Assembly (NCBI GenBank): GCA_002457605.1
Contig: NTJT01000001.1
Coordinates: 15,269-79,268 of the forward strand
Origin: Marine Group II euryarchaeote MED-G34
Lineage (GTDB): Archaea > Thermoplasmatota > Poseidoniia > Poseidoniales > Thalassarchaeaceae
Length of the DNA: 64,000 bases
Reading direction: 5' to 3'
Shown here: one piece after another, positions 18,581-27,586 of the stretch
How the letters are laid out: every line of letters begins with the position of its first letter
Position numbering within the stretch: position 1 is the first letter of the stretch
Made by a program: the position numbers and the translations under genes
Notes under the pieces: model-generated
Told to the model about the DNA's origin: nothing
What the model saw: the letters and a program-made list of their open reading frames with translations, nothing else
Databases searched by the model: none

Positions 18581-19033
18581 TTACTCACGCAACATCTCGA
18601 TGATTCGGAAGTGACTTCCAGCTACTTCATCCGCTGTCAGTTCGGCTATTGGCACCCAAGCAGCATCTTCTGCGTCATCGCCACTCCGTGGCACCGCTTC
18701 GGATTCAACGTCAACTAGGTAGAACAGCGCGATGATGTGCTTTCGCGGATCTCTGTCTGGGTCACCTTGGATTGCGAGAGCGACTGGGTCGTAACCATCG
18801 ACCCCCGTCTCTTCCTCAAGCTCACGCAGGACCGCGTGCTCAGGGTCCTCCCCATAGTCTACGAAGCCACCTGGAAATGCCCATCGTCCTTTCCAGACTT
18901 CGGGCTCACCACCCCTTCTGATTAGCAAAGCTTCGATGCCGCCCCCGGCCTCCCTGAGGGCGACAGCATCCACAGCGACAGCAGGATTACTGTAACCGTC
19001 ACGCCCGCAGACATCGCACGCATCACTCTCCAT
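18581..19033 (-). CDS. NUDIX hydrolase
   Basis: Nudix box GGFVDYGEDPEHAVLRELEEETG. Confidence 0.85.
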   Translation of the reverse strand: MESDACDVCGRDGYSNPAVAVDAVALREAGGGIEALLIRRGGEPEVWKGRWAFPGGFVDYGEDPEHAVLRELEEETGVDGYDPVALAIQGDPDRDPRKHIIALFYLVDVESEAVPRSGDDAEDAAWVPIAELTADEVAGSHFRIIEMLRE

Positions 19034-19904
19034 AGCGACGCCTCCTGCTTTGGTAGGACTCGAGCGCCTCGTATAGATCGTTCTTGGAGAATGAGGGCCA
19101 GTGAACGTCAGTGAAGTGCAGTTCTGAGTAGGCTATTTGCCACAGTAGGAAATTCGAGATGCGCTCTTCACCACTAGTCCGGATGACGAGATCCGGATCA
19201 GGCAGATCAGCTGTGTACATCCTAGCTGAGATCTGGGCCGAGTCTATCGATTCCAGCGCGAGTTCGCCCTTGGCGTGGTCCGCTGCTACTTCACGCACCG
19301 CATCAACAATTTCCTCTCTCCCCCCGTAGGCTAGACATACTGTGAACAAGAAGTTGGAATGTTCTGCAGTCTTACTCTCGGCACGGTCTATCGCGTTGCG
19401 TACCCTCGAAGGCAAACTCTCCAAGCGACCCACAGCCTGCACCTTGACCCCGCGCGAGTGTATCCGTGGATCTGCTGCAATCTCGTCAAGACCGGCGACA
19501 TACAAGTCATACAGCGACTCAAGCTCATCCTCTGAGCGTTCGCGCATGTTCTCGGTTGAGAGTGCATACACAGTGAGGTATGAAATATCTAGATCGAGAA
19601 TCCAGTCCATCACATCCTTGAGCTTCTCCTTGCCGTGGTGATGGCCCACATCACGCCCGAGATTACTACTCCACGCGAATCTCCTATTTCCATCCATAAT
19701 GATGGAGACGTGCTCGGGTAATTCTCCCTGCTTCAGCCTGTCGCGCAGTCTGTTGGTTCGGATTCGATCAGTCCGAGAGATGAAACTCCATGCATAACTG
19801 GAGTTCGCGATTAATTGAGCAGGCACAGAAAACAGTCTGAACCTCAGGAACCACTTGGCCAGGCCGTCGACCCGACGCCCCAACGACTTGCGCATGCGTC
19901 CCAT
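19023..19904 (-). CDS. uppS: Isoprenyl transferase, a cis-prenyltransferase (UppS/dolichol-chain synthase type)
   Basis: UppS motifs (HVSIIMDGNRRFA, ALSTENMRERSEDE, C-terminal RRYGE). The ORF extends to 20132 but would overlap the upstream HAD gene, so the start was chosen at ATG 19904 (alternatively 19895). Confidence 0.85.
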   Translation of the reverse strand: MGRMRKSLGRRVDGLAKWFLRFRLFSVPAQLIANSSYAWSFISRTDRIRTNRLRDRLKQGELPEHVSIIMDGNRRFAWSSNLGRDVGHHHGKEKLKDVMDWILDLDISYLTVYALSTENMRERSEDELESLYDLYVAGLDEIAADPRIHSRGVKVQAVGRLESLPSRVRNAIDRAESKTAEHSNFLFTVCLAYGGREEIVDAVREVAADHAKGELALESIDSAQISARMYTADLPDPDLVIRTSGEERISNFLLWQIAYSELHFTDVHWPSFSKNDLYEALESYQSRRRRYGE

Positions 19905-19953
19905 GCTATCACCAAATGATGACTGCGCTAAAGGGCGTCGCCTACTCAAGCAC

Positions 19954-20499
19954 CTACTCGAAGACGATATCCGCCCCATCTTCGAGCTTCTCCAGAAGGC
20001 CCTTTTCGGGATTGACGACAATAACCTGTCCAGCTCTCTCCCAAACGACAACGTCGTGATGACTGTTGCCTGCATATCCGAATCCATTCTCACCGTATTT
20101 GGAGACAAGAGCCTCGGCCTTGCGCTTGCCACGCAAGTTGTAGGTGGCGTCCGAAGCCATCACATCGGAGAACAAACCCACATGGGCGGCCACCCTCTCA
20201 GCCACGATTCGATCAGATGCCGTTGCCAACACCAATGTTCGCCCCCTCGCTCGCTCGCCTGTAATCCAATCGAGAAAGGCCTCGTGGTAGTCCAACTCTG
20301 CAGGATCGAAGATCAGTTTCTCAGCGAGATCTCGCTTCCACTGCGCCCTTCTTCCTGTGAACTCTTTGAGAATCATGCTCAGAAGCATCCACGGCCTCCT
20401 TGGAATGACTCTGGAAAAACAGATTCTACTCATATCCGAGAGAATCAGAGTACCGTCCATGTCAACGGCCAGTGGAATGTCAGACACAGCATCTCCCAT
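19954..20499 (-). CDS. HAD-superfamily phosphatase (HAD-IB/PSP-like)
   Basis: Motif I DMDGTL near the N-terminus and conserved lysine/aspartate motifs downstream. The 4-helix cap (HAD-IB/PSP-like) is inferred only. Confidence 0.65.
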   Translation of the reverse strand: MGDAVSDIPLAVDMDGTLILSDMSRICFSRVIPRRPWMLLSMILKEFTGRRAQWKRDLAEKLIFDPAELDYHEAFLDWITGERARGRTLVLATASDRIVAERVAAHVGLFSDVMASDATYNLRGKRKAEALVSKYGENGFGYAGNSHHDVVVWERAGQVIVVNPEKGLLEKLEDGADIVFE

Positions 20500-20586
20500 G
20501 AGCCTCGCTGAGGGGGGTCGGATTCAAGGCTTCGCCGACCGATTCAATGAAACCGGCCACCACCTCGTGGTTCTGGGGGATGCGCC

Positions 20587-21837
20587 GTGGCAGAGCATGA
20601 GAGACCTTGGAGACCGGCCTCGATGGCTGAGATTGAACCCGATTCTGATGCTCCGCCGGGATTCAATGCAGTCGCCTTTGCGGGAATCGGCATGGTCGCT
20701 AGGATGTTGGAGCCACATGATTTGGCGAATACTGACGATTGGAAATCCCTTGTTGCTCGATTGGAGTCATGGGGGGAAGTCCCTGAACCCGATTCCATAG
20801 TTTCGATTTCAACTACTACTACTAACAGGGGATTGGTAGTCAAACTGTCCGCTGATTCTGATTGGATCGCTGAATTCCTTCCATGGGGTTCGGACGGTCG
20901 GCTAAGAGCACGGGCAAAAGCGGCCCCAACGGGCTCTCGCGTACCATCAGGAGGGTACTCATGGCAAGGCACCGACCTCATCATAATCAGATCCTCAGAC
21001 TCTACATCGCTTGACTCTGCGAACGAGGTCATAAAAGCCCTAGAGGCAGACGAAATGAGCGCAGCTCAAGAAAAACTGCGAAATGCCGGGGCAGTCTTGG
21101 GGCGCTATCACACAAAAGCCATGTCAGCAAGGACAACTCCTCCTGACGCATCCAGATGGAACGCTAGGAACCAGTGGCTCGAGGAGACTCTTCACGCGAC
21201 GTACATTTGGCGAGCCCCGTACTCGAAAAGCCAGCCATGCACCCTCACCCTCGGAGATGCCAGACTTTCGGACATTTCAGGCGACTCACTGAGGATAGGG
21301 AGGCCGAGGTTGGCCGATGCACTGCGTACACATACCTGCGAATTCCCGGCTATGCGCGACCTTGCATCTCTAGTCCATGACCTGTCAAGAATTCACTACA
21401 CAACGCCAACAAAACTCGAACTAATCCCTCTGCGTTCGGCACTAATTGATGGTTGGAAGTCCACAGCGCCGTCTGAATGGACCTCTGACGAAGCATTCTA
21501 CTCACATAGAGGTGGGATGGCAATATGGGAATACGAGCAATGCCTACTCGATGTACTCGAGGCCACATCTCACCAATCAGGTGCGCCAGAGCCGGCAGTG
21601 ACTACGCTGGCTTATGTCAAGGCTTACCAGAAGCGGATGTTCAGCAACCGCATGTTTTCGTCACTTTCGGTGATGACCGCGTTCTTCGGCATCGCCTCTT
21701 TGGTCAATACTTTCCCCCCTACGATGGATGAAGTTCCTATTCCGATAGCATGCATTGCCCTGAGTTTCTGGCTGTATAGAATGTACAAGCGCTTGTCACC
21801 GCCCCCTGAGAGGCCGTTCACCGATCTCGGGAAATGA
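20587..21837 (+). CDS. Hypothetical protein with a possible degenerate phosphotransferase (APH/ChoK-like) core and a C-terminal TM helix
   Basis: It has an LGDARLSDI segment where kinases have HGDxxxxN, and a later D-x-x-E segment. The C-terminus is hydrophobic (FFGIASLVNTF...IACIALSFWLY). There is no confident family, and the start is uncertain. Confidence 0.4.
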   Translation: MAEHERPWRPASMAEIEPDSDAPPGFNAVAFAGIGMVARMLEPHDLANTDDWKSLVARLESWGEVPEPDSIVSISTTTTNRGLVVKLSADSDWIAEFLPWGSDGRLRARAKAAPTGSRVPSGGYSWQGTDLIIIRSSDSTSLDSANEVIKALEADEMSAAQEKLRNAGAVLGRYHTKAMSARTTPPDASRWNARNQWLEETLHATYIWRAPYSKSQPCTLTLGDARLSDISGDSLRIGRPRLADALRTHTCEFPAMRDLASLVHDLSRIHYTTPTKLELIPLRSALIDGWKSTAPSEWTSDEAFYSHRGGMAIWEYEQCLLDVLEATSHQSGAPEPAVTTLAYVKAYQKRMFSNRMFSSLSVMTAFFGIASLVNTFPPTMDEVPIPIACIALSFWLYRMYKRLSPPPERPFTDLGK

Positions 21838-22417
21838 CACCTTCTTCGTAGCTGTAGTGTATCGGCTCTCCTGTGGGTATCTCAAGAGAGACGATGTCCT
21901 CGGGACTTATTCCATCAATGTGCATCACAATAGAGCGAAGCGAGTTGCCATGAGCCGAGACTAGGACATTCTTACCATCGACTAGATCTGGTAATATCTC
22001 TTCGGCAAAGTAGGGAATGGTCCTCTCGGCTGTCATCTCTAGACTCTCGCCCTCCGGAGGGGCAACATCGAACGAACGGCGCCAGATGTGAACCTGCTCC
22101 GCACCGTGCTTCTCCGCCGTCTCAGCCTTGTTCAGGCCCTGTAGCGCACCATAGTGGCGTTCATTGAGTCTCCAGTCGTAATTCGTTGGCACATCCTCAG
22201 AGGAATCGTTGTATCGCATGATGATTTCAGCTGTCCTCTGGGCCCGCACGAGGTCACTCGTGTGGACAACATCAATTCGAATATCTGCCAATTGTCGCCC
22301 CGCATCCTCAGCTTCCTCTACGCCTTGCTCGGAGAGCCCGACGTCAGTCCAACCGGTGAATCGGTTGGTTGCATTCCATACAGATTGGCCGTGACGGACC
22401 AGAATGAGTCTGGCCAT
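21818..22417 (-). CDS. gpmA: 2,3-bisphosphoglycerate-dependent phosphoglycerate mutase (histidine phosphatase superfamily)
   Basis: LVRHGQSVWNATNRFTGW catalytic His motif and SAHGNSLR second His motif. Confidence 0.85.
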   Translation of the reverse strand: MARLILVRHGQSVWNATNRFTGWTDVGLSEQGVEEAEDAGRQLADIRIDVVHTSDLVRAQRTAEIIMRYNDSSEDVPTNYDWRLNERHYGALQGLNKAETAEKHGAEQVHIWRRSFDVAPPEGESLEMTAERTIPYFAEEILPDLVDGKNVLVSAHGNSLRSIVMHIDGISPEDIVSLEIPTGEPIHYSYEEGVISRDR

Positions 22418-22426
22418 CTCCGCACC

Positions 22427-23524
22427 CTACTTCTGGCCTCTGAGTCGCGGCTCGTGTAAAACCAAACCGCTTTCGTTGCCCCTAGCCCGAGCCATTAGCA
22501 AAATGTCCTCGGTAAACTCCCTCTGGGTCTTTCCAGAGGAAGCACAGTAAAAGTTAGTTGAAACCGTTATCTTCGATGGAAGAGTCTCAGTGACACGAAC
22601 CCACGAGTCCTCGCGCTTGGTAGATCTCGGATCTGCCAGCACCTGCTCGCAGAGGGACTCACAGAATTGACGTAGCTGGGCGGCATCACTATCCTCCTCG
22701 AACTCGAAACGCGGGCGAATTCTGCGGAACCTTCGGTGACTGAAGTTCTCAACAGGGGAATTGGTGATGTTGGAGTTGGGGATTGTGACCATCGTGTCCG
22801 CTCCCGTCCTCAACGTAGTGGTGCGCAGACCGATGGTGACGACCTCACCCTCGACATCTTCGACGATAATCCAGTCACCGACATTGAACGGCTGATCGAC
22901 GATTATCGAGATAGCCCCAAAGACGTTCGCCACAGAGTCCCGCGCTGCAAGTGCCAGAGCTAGACCTGTGATTCCCAGGCCTGCTATCAGACCGTTGAGG
23001 TTGACTCCAAACAGTCCTGCTATCACGAAGAATCCGACCACCACTACAGCTAGTCGACCTATTGATTCGGCAACGCTAGCCAACGATCGGCGGGCCGCCA
23101 TATCATCTCCCTCGACCACAATGAAAGCATCGAGGTAGTCGACCAATCGGTAGGCTGTCAGAAGCACGAGTAGGATGAATCCAGCCCATGCGATTTGCTC
23201 TACAGTTTCTATCAGATTGGCGTCCCAAACGGGGGCTGCGTTAACGTACGCTCCCATTTCGTCTGTAGCGGAGAGCCAATCCAGTGAGAACCACATCGCT
23301 AAGAAGACAATCATCCATCTAAGTGACTTGGGAGCAAACGCATTCTCGCTGTTTATCCTTTCAATCTTGGAGAATACGTCCATCAGGCGCGGGAAAATCA
23401 TTCGTCTAGAGAGTATTCCAGCCCCCATACTGAGTGCAGCACAAGTGAGTACAACAACCAGAGTTCCGGTGGAGAAGTCACCAATTGTGGGTTCGCCAGC
23501 CATGAATTTATCGAGTTCGTTCAT
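22427..23524 (-). CDS. Mechanosensitive ion channel, MscS family
   Basis: Three TM helices followed by the MscS beta domain (FNVGDWIIVEDVEGEVVTIGLRTTTLRTGADTMVTIPNSNI). Confidence 0.85.
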   Translation of the reverse strand: MNELDKFMAGEPTIGDFSTGTLVVVLTCAALSMGAGILSRRMIFPRLMDVFSKIERINSENAFAPKSLRWMIVFLAMWFSLDWLSATDEMGAYVNAAPVWDANLIETVEQIAWAGFILLVLLTAYRLVDYLDAFIVVEGDDMAARRSLASVAESIGRLAVVVVGFFVIAGLFGVNLNGLIAGLGITGLALALAARDSVANVFGAISIIVDQPFNVGDWIIVEDVEGEVVTIGLRTTTLRTGADTMVTIPNSNITNSPVENFSHRRFRRIRPRFEFEEDSDAAQLRQFCESLCEQVLADPRSTKREDSWVRVTETLPSKITVSTNFYCASSGKTQREFTEDILLMARARGNESGLVLHEPRLRGQK

Positions 23525-23624
23525 GGTGCGGCCGAGGGCGCCTCCCTCAAAAAGGCACCCCCGGTCCTATGGACCGCTTCTCCGAGGGATTGAATACCGC
23601 CCCTATGGTCGCAGAGGCGTTCAG

Positions 23625-25793
23625 ATGTCATCAAGAGACGCCACACGTGCCGAGCAAGCAGAAGCGCGCTCCCGCCGAATTCCCGTGACAGCAATGCTCC
23701 TACCGTTCCTGCTGTCCATGCTCTCTCCAGTTGCAATAGCCCCAATCTCTACAGCCCAAGAAACTGGTCCAGGAGCTTCTCCAGAAGATATCTGGTCAGT
23801 TGAGTATGCAAACCAGATATTCCCTTGGGGGCCGCATGGAGATTTCGACCAACTCCAATTTCGATCTTACCACGATTACTTCTCTATGAAGGAGAGAATG
23901 CAGACTTTGGCTGCCTACTATCCTGATTTTCTGCAATTCCATGAGGGACTATTGGGTGGAGTGAACGCACGCGGCGACGAGATGACCTCCGACGAATACA
24001 AGGGTTGGTTCTACAATCATCCAAGCCCATGGATGAAAATTACCGGCAATGTACAGGGAGGGGAATTCAATGATTTCAATGGCGACGACGGAAACTACGC
24101 AGACCGACCAGACGTGATGTTGGTGGGAAACCATCATGCTAGAGAGTGGATGTCTTACGAAGTCCCGATGTTCTTTCTAGAGACAATCGCCTTCTATTAC
24201 GGCAAGGCAGGCATCGACAATGATGGAGACGGAAAAATCGATGAGGACGGCTGGGACGGCATCGACAATGACGGCGATTGCTTGCTGTTGAACGCAACCA
24301 ACCAAGATAGCAATGGCGACGGCACCCCCTGTGGGCCCGGCGACTTAGGGGTCGACGAGGATTTCAGCGAGCAATTCATCACTGACCTAGTCAACACCCG
24401 CGAGATATACCTCATTCCCATGCTAAATGTAGATGGGAACAGGTACGACCGAGAGGAGTATTGCGGCGAGACCGCATGGGAGAACTGCAGGACTTCGGGT
24501 TGGAGGAAAAACCTACGTGACAACACCCATACAGGAACCACGCCTATCCCAGACGTCGATGAAGAGGTTGACGAGGGTTGTGACGGTGTAGATCTGAATC
24601 GAAACTATCAGTTCGAGTGGGGAGCTCCACTTGGCGCCACTGGACCCCTTTTCCCCGGTTTCTGCTATGCTAGTGGTCCTAACAATGACGTCTACAACGG
24701 ACCTGTGAACTATGAAGACAACGATGGCGACGGTCTAGTCAACGAGGACCACGTAGATGGGAAGGACGACGATGGAGATGGCCAGACCGATGAGGATTGG
24801 ATGGGAGGTAACTCTGAGCCAGAGACGAAGTTCATCCAGGACATGACGGAGATGAACGACGACGACCTAGATGGCGCCTCTGACTTCAAGGCAACACTGA
24901 CATGGCATTCATTTTCGGAGTTGGTGCTGTGGCCATGGGGACACTGCACTAATTGTTACACTACGGATGATGAGTATCTCGTATACCATGGCAACATGAT
25001 GGGACAGATGACAGACTATGCTCCTATGCAGTCATCCGAACTTTACCCCACTACTGGCGATTTCTGCGACTGGCATTACGGAGTCCACAATTCATACTGC
25101 TACACCATCGAAATCGGGAACGCCTTCCACGAACTTCCCGAAGACATCGCGCATATCGCGGTGCGAAACATCGGAGTCGCATTTTACATGACTGAGATTG
25201 CCGATGACCCCAGATACCGTGCCATCGTAGGAATAGAGAACACTACTGCTCGACAATGGCTTGCTGACCCTGCTAATGTAACGGTCCCGGACAAGGGAGA
25301 CATCCCAATCGGGCTTTGCCTCGATCCCGCATTCCCATTCACTCCTGACATAAACAGAACCCACTTGATGTGGCGATTCGTAGAACCGACTAGGCAGCAG
25401 AATGAGTTTGGTCCAACCGAGTGGGTGGACGTGCCTTGGGAGATGTCAGGGTTCTCTGAGTCGGAGGATGTATGCAGTTTGCTGGATGGCTCGAACGGAA
25501 CCCTGCTCCACAGTCACATTCCACACCCTGATACCTTGGCTGGTAAGATTCAGTACAAGGCGATGTTAGGGACCATAAACGGCGCCTTCCCGTTCTCATA
25601 CCCCTCCGTAAATGAAGGAGGGAACTACTACGAGTTAGGAATACCCTACAGAGCTTCATTCGGTTCATCCATTCTGGCAGTGATGATGTTCCTAGTGATA
25701 GCGAGCTTCGTCTGGGGTGGACTCGGCTATACCCTGCGCGCTATGTTCGATGACGAACGTGGCGTAATCGGTTTGCCGGAGGATGGCGGATGA
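23625..25793 (+). CDS. Secreted M14-family zinc carboxypeptidase with inserted calcium-binding (dockerin/thrombospondin type-3-like) Asp-rich repeats and a C-terminal hydrophobic anchor
   Basis: M14 Zn ligand motif GNHHAREW and other M14 blocks. Signal peptide with an RR-containing n-region (MSSRDATRAEQAEARSRRIPVTAMLLPFLL...). Repeats DNDGDGKIDEDGWDGIDNDGD and DNDGDGLVNEDHVDGKDDDGDGQTDEDW. C-terminal TM segment. The ORF-track start at 23175 was rejected because it overlaps mscS. Confidence 0.75.
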   Translation: MSSRDATRAEQAEARSRRIPVTAMLLPFLLSMLSPVAIAPISTAQETGPGASPEDIWSVEYANQIFPWGPHGDFDQLQFRSYHDYFSMKERMQTLAAYYPDFLQFHEGLLGGVNARGDEMTSDEYKGWFYNHPSPWMKITGNVQGGEFNDFNGDDGNYADRPDVMLVGNHHAREWMSYEVPMFFLETIAFYYGKAGIDNDGDGKIDEDGWDGIDNDGDCLLLNATNQDSNGDGTPCGPGDLGVDEDFSEQFITDLVNTREIYLIPMLNVDGNRYDREEYCGETAWENCRTSGWRKNLRDNTHTGTTPIPDVDEEVDEGCDGVDLNRNYQFEWGAPLGATGPLFPGFCYASGPNNDVYNGPVNYEDNDGDGLVNEDHVDGKDDDGDGQTDEDWMGGNSEPETKFIQDMTEMNDDDLDGASDFKATLTWHSFSELVLWPWGHCTNCYTTDDEYLVYHGNMMGQMTDYAPMQSSELYPTTGDFCDWHYGVHNSYCYTIEIGNAFHELPEDIAHIAVRNIGVAFYMTEIADDPRYRAIVGIENTTARQWLADPANVTVPDKGDIPIGLCLDPAFPFTPDINRTHLMWRFVEPTRQQNEFGPTEWVDVPWEMSGFSESEDVCSLLDGSNGTLLHSHIPHPDTLAGKIQYKAMLGTINGAFPFSYPSVNEGGNYYELGIPYRASFGSSILAVMMFLVIASFVWGGLGYTLRAMFDDERGVIGLPEDGG

Positions 25794-27586
25794 AACCGCA
25801 GGAGTCCTCATCGGACCAGTTCAGCGGCCGAATGGGACTGATATTCGCCACCATAGGTGCCGCCATAGGAACCGGTAACATCTGGCGCTTCCCTAGGATG
25901 GTAGGTGCCAACGGAGGCGGCTCGTTCCTAGTCCCCTGGCTGATTTTCCTATTCCTCTGGTCCATTCCACTAATCATAGCCGAGTTCGCCCTTGGGAAGA
26001 GGAGCAGGACTGGCACAGTGGGAACCTTCAGGTTATTCGCCGGTAACAACTTCGCTTGGATGGGGCTCTGGACAGCATGGATCTCCACTGCCATCGGGTT
26101 CTACTACGCCGTCGTAACAGGATGGTGCCTGAACTACTTCCAGTCTGCCATCAGGGGTGGTCTGGGAAGCGAGGTAGACACAGTAGAGGTCTGGAACTCC
26201 TTCCTGCAATCATGGGAGCAGGTGGTATTCTTCCAACTCATAGCGGTATTAATCACCATGGCTGCAATTTGGAGGGGAGCCAAGGCGATTGAAAAGGTCA
26301 ATGTAATTCTGATGGTATCGCTATTCGTACTACTCTTCTCCGCATTGTTCCTCGCCTTCGTGATGGACTTCGAAGACGGAACCCTCGATGGCTTCGTCTA
26401 CATGTTCAGTATCCAGCCTGAGTACCTCATGCAGCCAGAAACCTGGATCAATGGACTCTCGCAGTCAGCATGGTCCTGTTCAGCTGGAATGGGCATGGCA
26501 ATCACTTACTCAGTATACATGAGGAAGGATGAGGACACGACCCTCAATGCTGCCACCATGTGCCTCGCTAACAACAGCATAAGCATCATCGCGGGACTGA
26601 CTGTCATGATGGCGGTATTTGCGGTAGTGGACGACCCCCTGAGCGCTGTGGGGGCGGGTAGCTCTGCAATCACATTCCTAGTTCTGCCCGAGGTCTTCGC
26701 GCAGGCACCCGGAGGCAGCGTGGTACAACTCATCATGGTCACCGTATTCTTCCTCGCACTTTCATTCGCCGCCCTCACCTCGATGATATCTACAGTGGAA
26801 CTCTGCGTCAGGAACTTCGTCGACCACGGAGTGGACAGATCAAAGGCAGTGGGATTCACGACTGTCTCGATATTCCTCTTCGGTCTGCCCAGCGCTGCAT
26901 TGTGGATTCGCATGGACTCGGCAACTGGAGTAGCATTCCCGCAGTTTCTCGAAGTCCAGGATCACATCTGGGGCTACGGCCTGATGTTCAGCGGGCTATT
27001 CATCGCCTACAGCATCTGGAAGTACGGATGGAGCAGGTACAAGATGTGGCAGGCCGAGAACGACATCAGTGACTTCAGCATCCGTGACTATCTGGACAAC
27101 GGAGTCTCCTCGTTCCGTGAAGATTTCATCAACACGGGTGACAACGACTGGTGGATAGGCCGCTGGTGGGACTACATCATGTACCTAGGCTTCCCACTGA
27201 TGTTCGCAGTACTGATGATATCCTATTTCGTCGACCTGCTAGTCAATGTCCACGACCCGTGGAACCCATCGAACCCTCATGGGATCTCGATTATCCTCCT
27301 CTTCTGGGGAATAACCGCATCCCTCTTCATCGGACTCAACAGGTACGTCTTGGTTAATCGTGTAACCTCCATGAATGGATCTTTATGGCCACGGAATTGG
27401 GACTTAGAACCACGTCCACTTTACAGGAACGTGCCCGAGGGGGCGGATGCACCAATCGACATGCTGCCAGGGGGCGACGATCCGTTTGTCGTGCAGGCTG
27501 GCGAAGCACTTCCTGACACGTTTGTCGACGAGTATGGCGAGACCCAAAGCCATTCGATGGCAACTGTTGAAGCAGAACTCGTATGA
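25790..27586 (+). CDS. Sodium-dependent transporter of the neurotransmitter:sodium symporter (NSS/SNF) family
   Basis: NSS signature (GLIFATIGAAIGTGNIWRFP) with about 12 TM helices. Its start overlaps the carboxypeptidase stop (ATGA). Confidence 0.85.
   Translation: MKPQESSSDQFSGRMGLIFATIGAAIGTGNIWRFPRMVGANGGGSFLVPWLIFLFLWSIPLIIAEFALGKRSRTGTVGTFRLFAGNNFAWMGLWTAWISTAIGFYYAVVTGWCLNYFQSAIRGGLGSEVDTVEVWNSFLQSWEQVVFFQLIAVLITMAAIWRGAKAIEKVNVILMVSLFVLLFSALFLAFVMDFEDGTLDGFVYMFSIQPEYLMQPETWINGLSQSAWSCSAGMGMAITYSVYMRKDEDTTLNAATMCLANNSISIIAGLTVMMAVFAVVDDPLSAVGAGSSAITFLVLPEVFAQAPGGSVVQLIMVTVFFLALSFAALTSMISTVELCVRNFVDHGVDRSKAVGFTTVSIFLFGLPSAALWIRMDSATGVAFPQFLEVQDHIWGYGLMFSGLFIAYSIWKYGWSRYKMWQAENDISDFSIRDYLDNGVSSFREDFINTGDNDWWIGRWWDYIMYLGFPLMFAVLMISYFVDLLVNVHDPWNPSNPHGISIILLFWGITASLFIGLNRYVLVNRVTSMNGSLWPRNWDLEPRPLYRNVPEGADAPIDMLPGGDDPFVVQAGEALPDTFVDEYGETQSHSMATVEAELV

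Noticed and set aside
19905-20132. N-terminal extension of the UppS ORF
   Set aside because: It overlaps the upstream HAD gene. The UppS family begins shortly before the conserved IIMDGNRR motif.
20544-21032. 162-aa minus-strand ORF antisense to the 20587 gene
   Set aside because: It is probably a shadow ORF, but the sense-strand gene has no firm family either, so this is flagged in the findings rather than fully dismissed.
23175-23624. N-terminal 150 aa of the ORF-track carboxypeptidase ORF (start 23175)
   Set aside because: It overlaps the MscS gene on the other strand for 350 nt. An internal ATG at 23625 gives a proper signal peptide and an intergenic promoter gap.
24230-24800. Nucleotide-level repeats encoding the DNDGDG motifs, checked as a possible CRISPR or tandem repeat array
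   Set aside because: The repeats are degenerate at the DNA level and in-frame within an M14 peptidase. They are protein Ca-binding repeats, not a CRISPR array. No CRISPR-like direct repeats were seen anywhere in the window.
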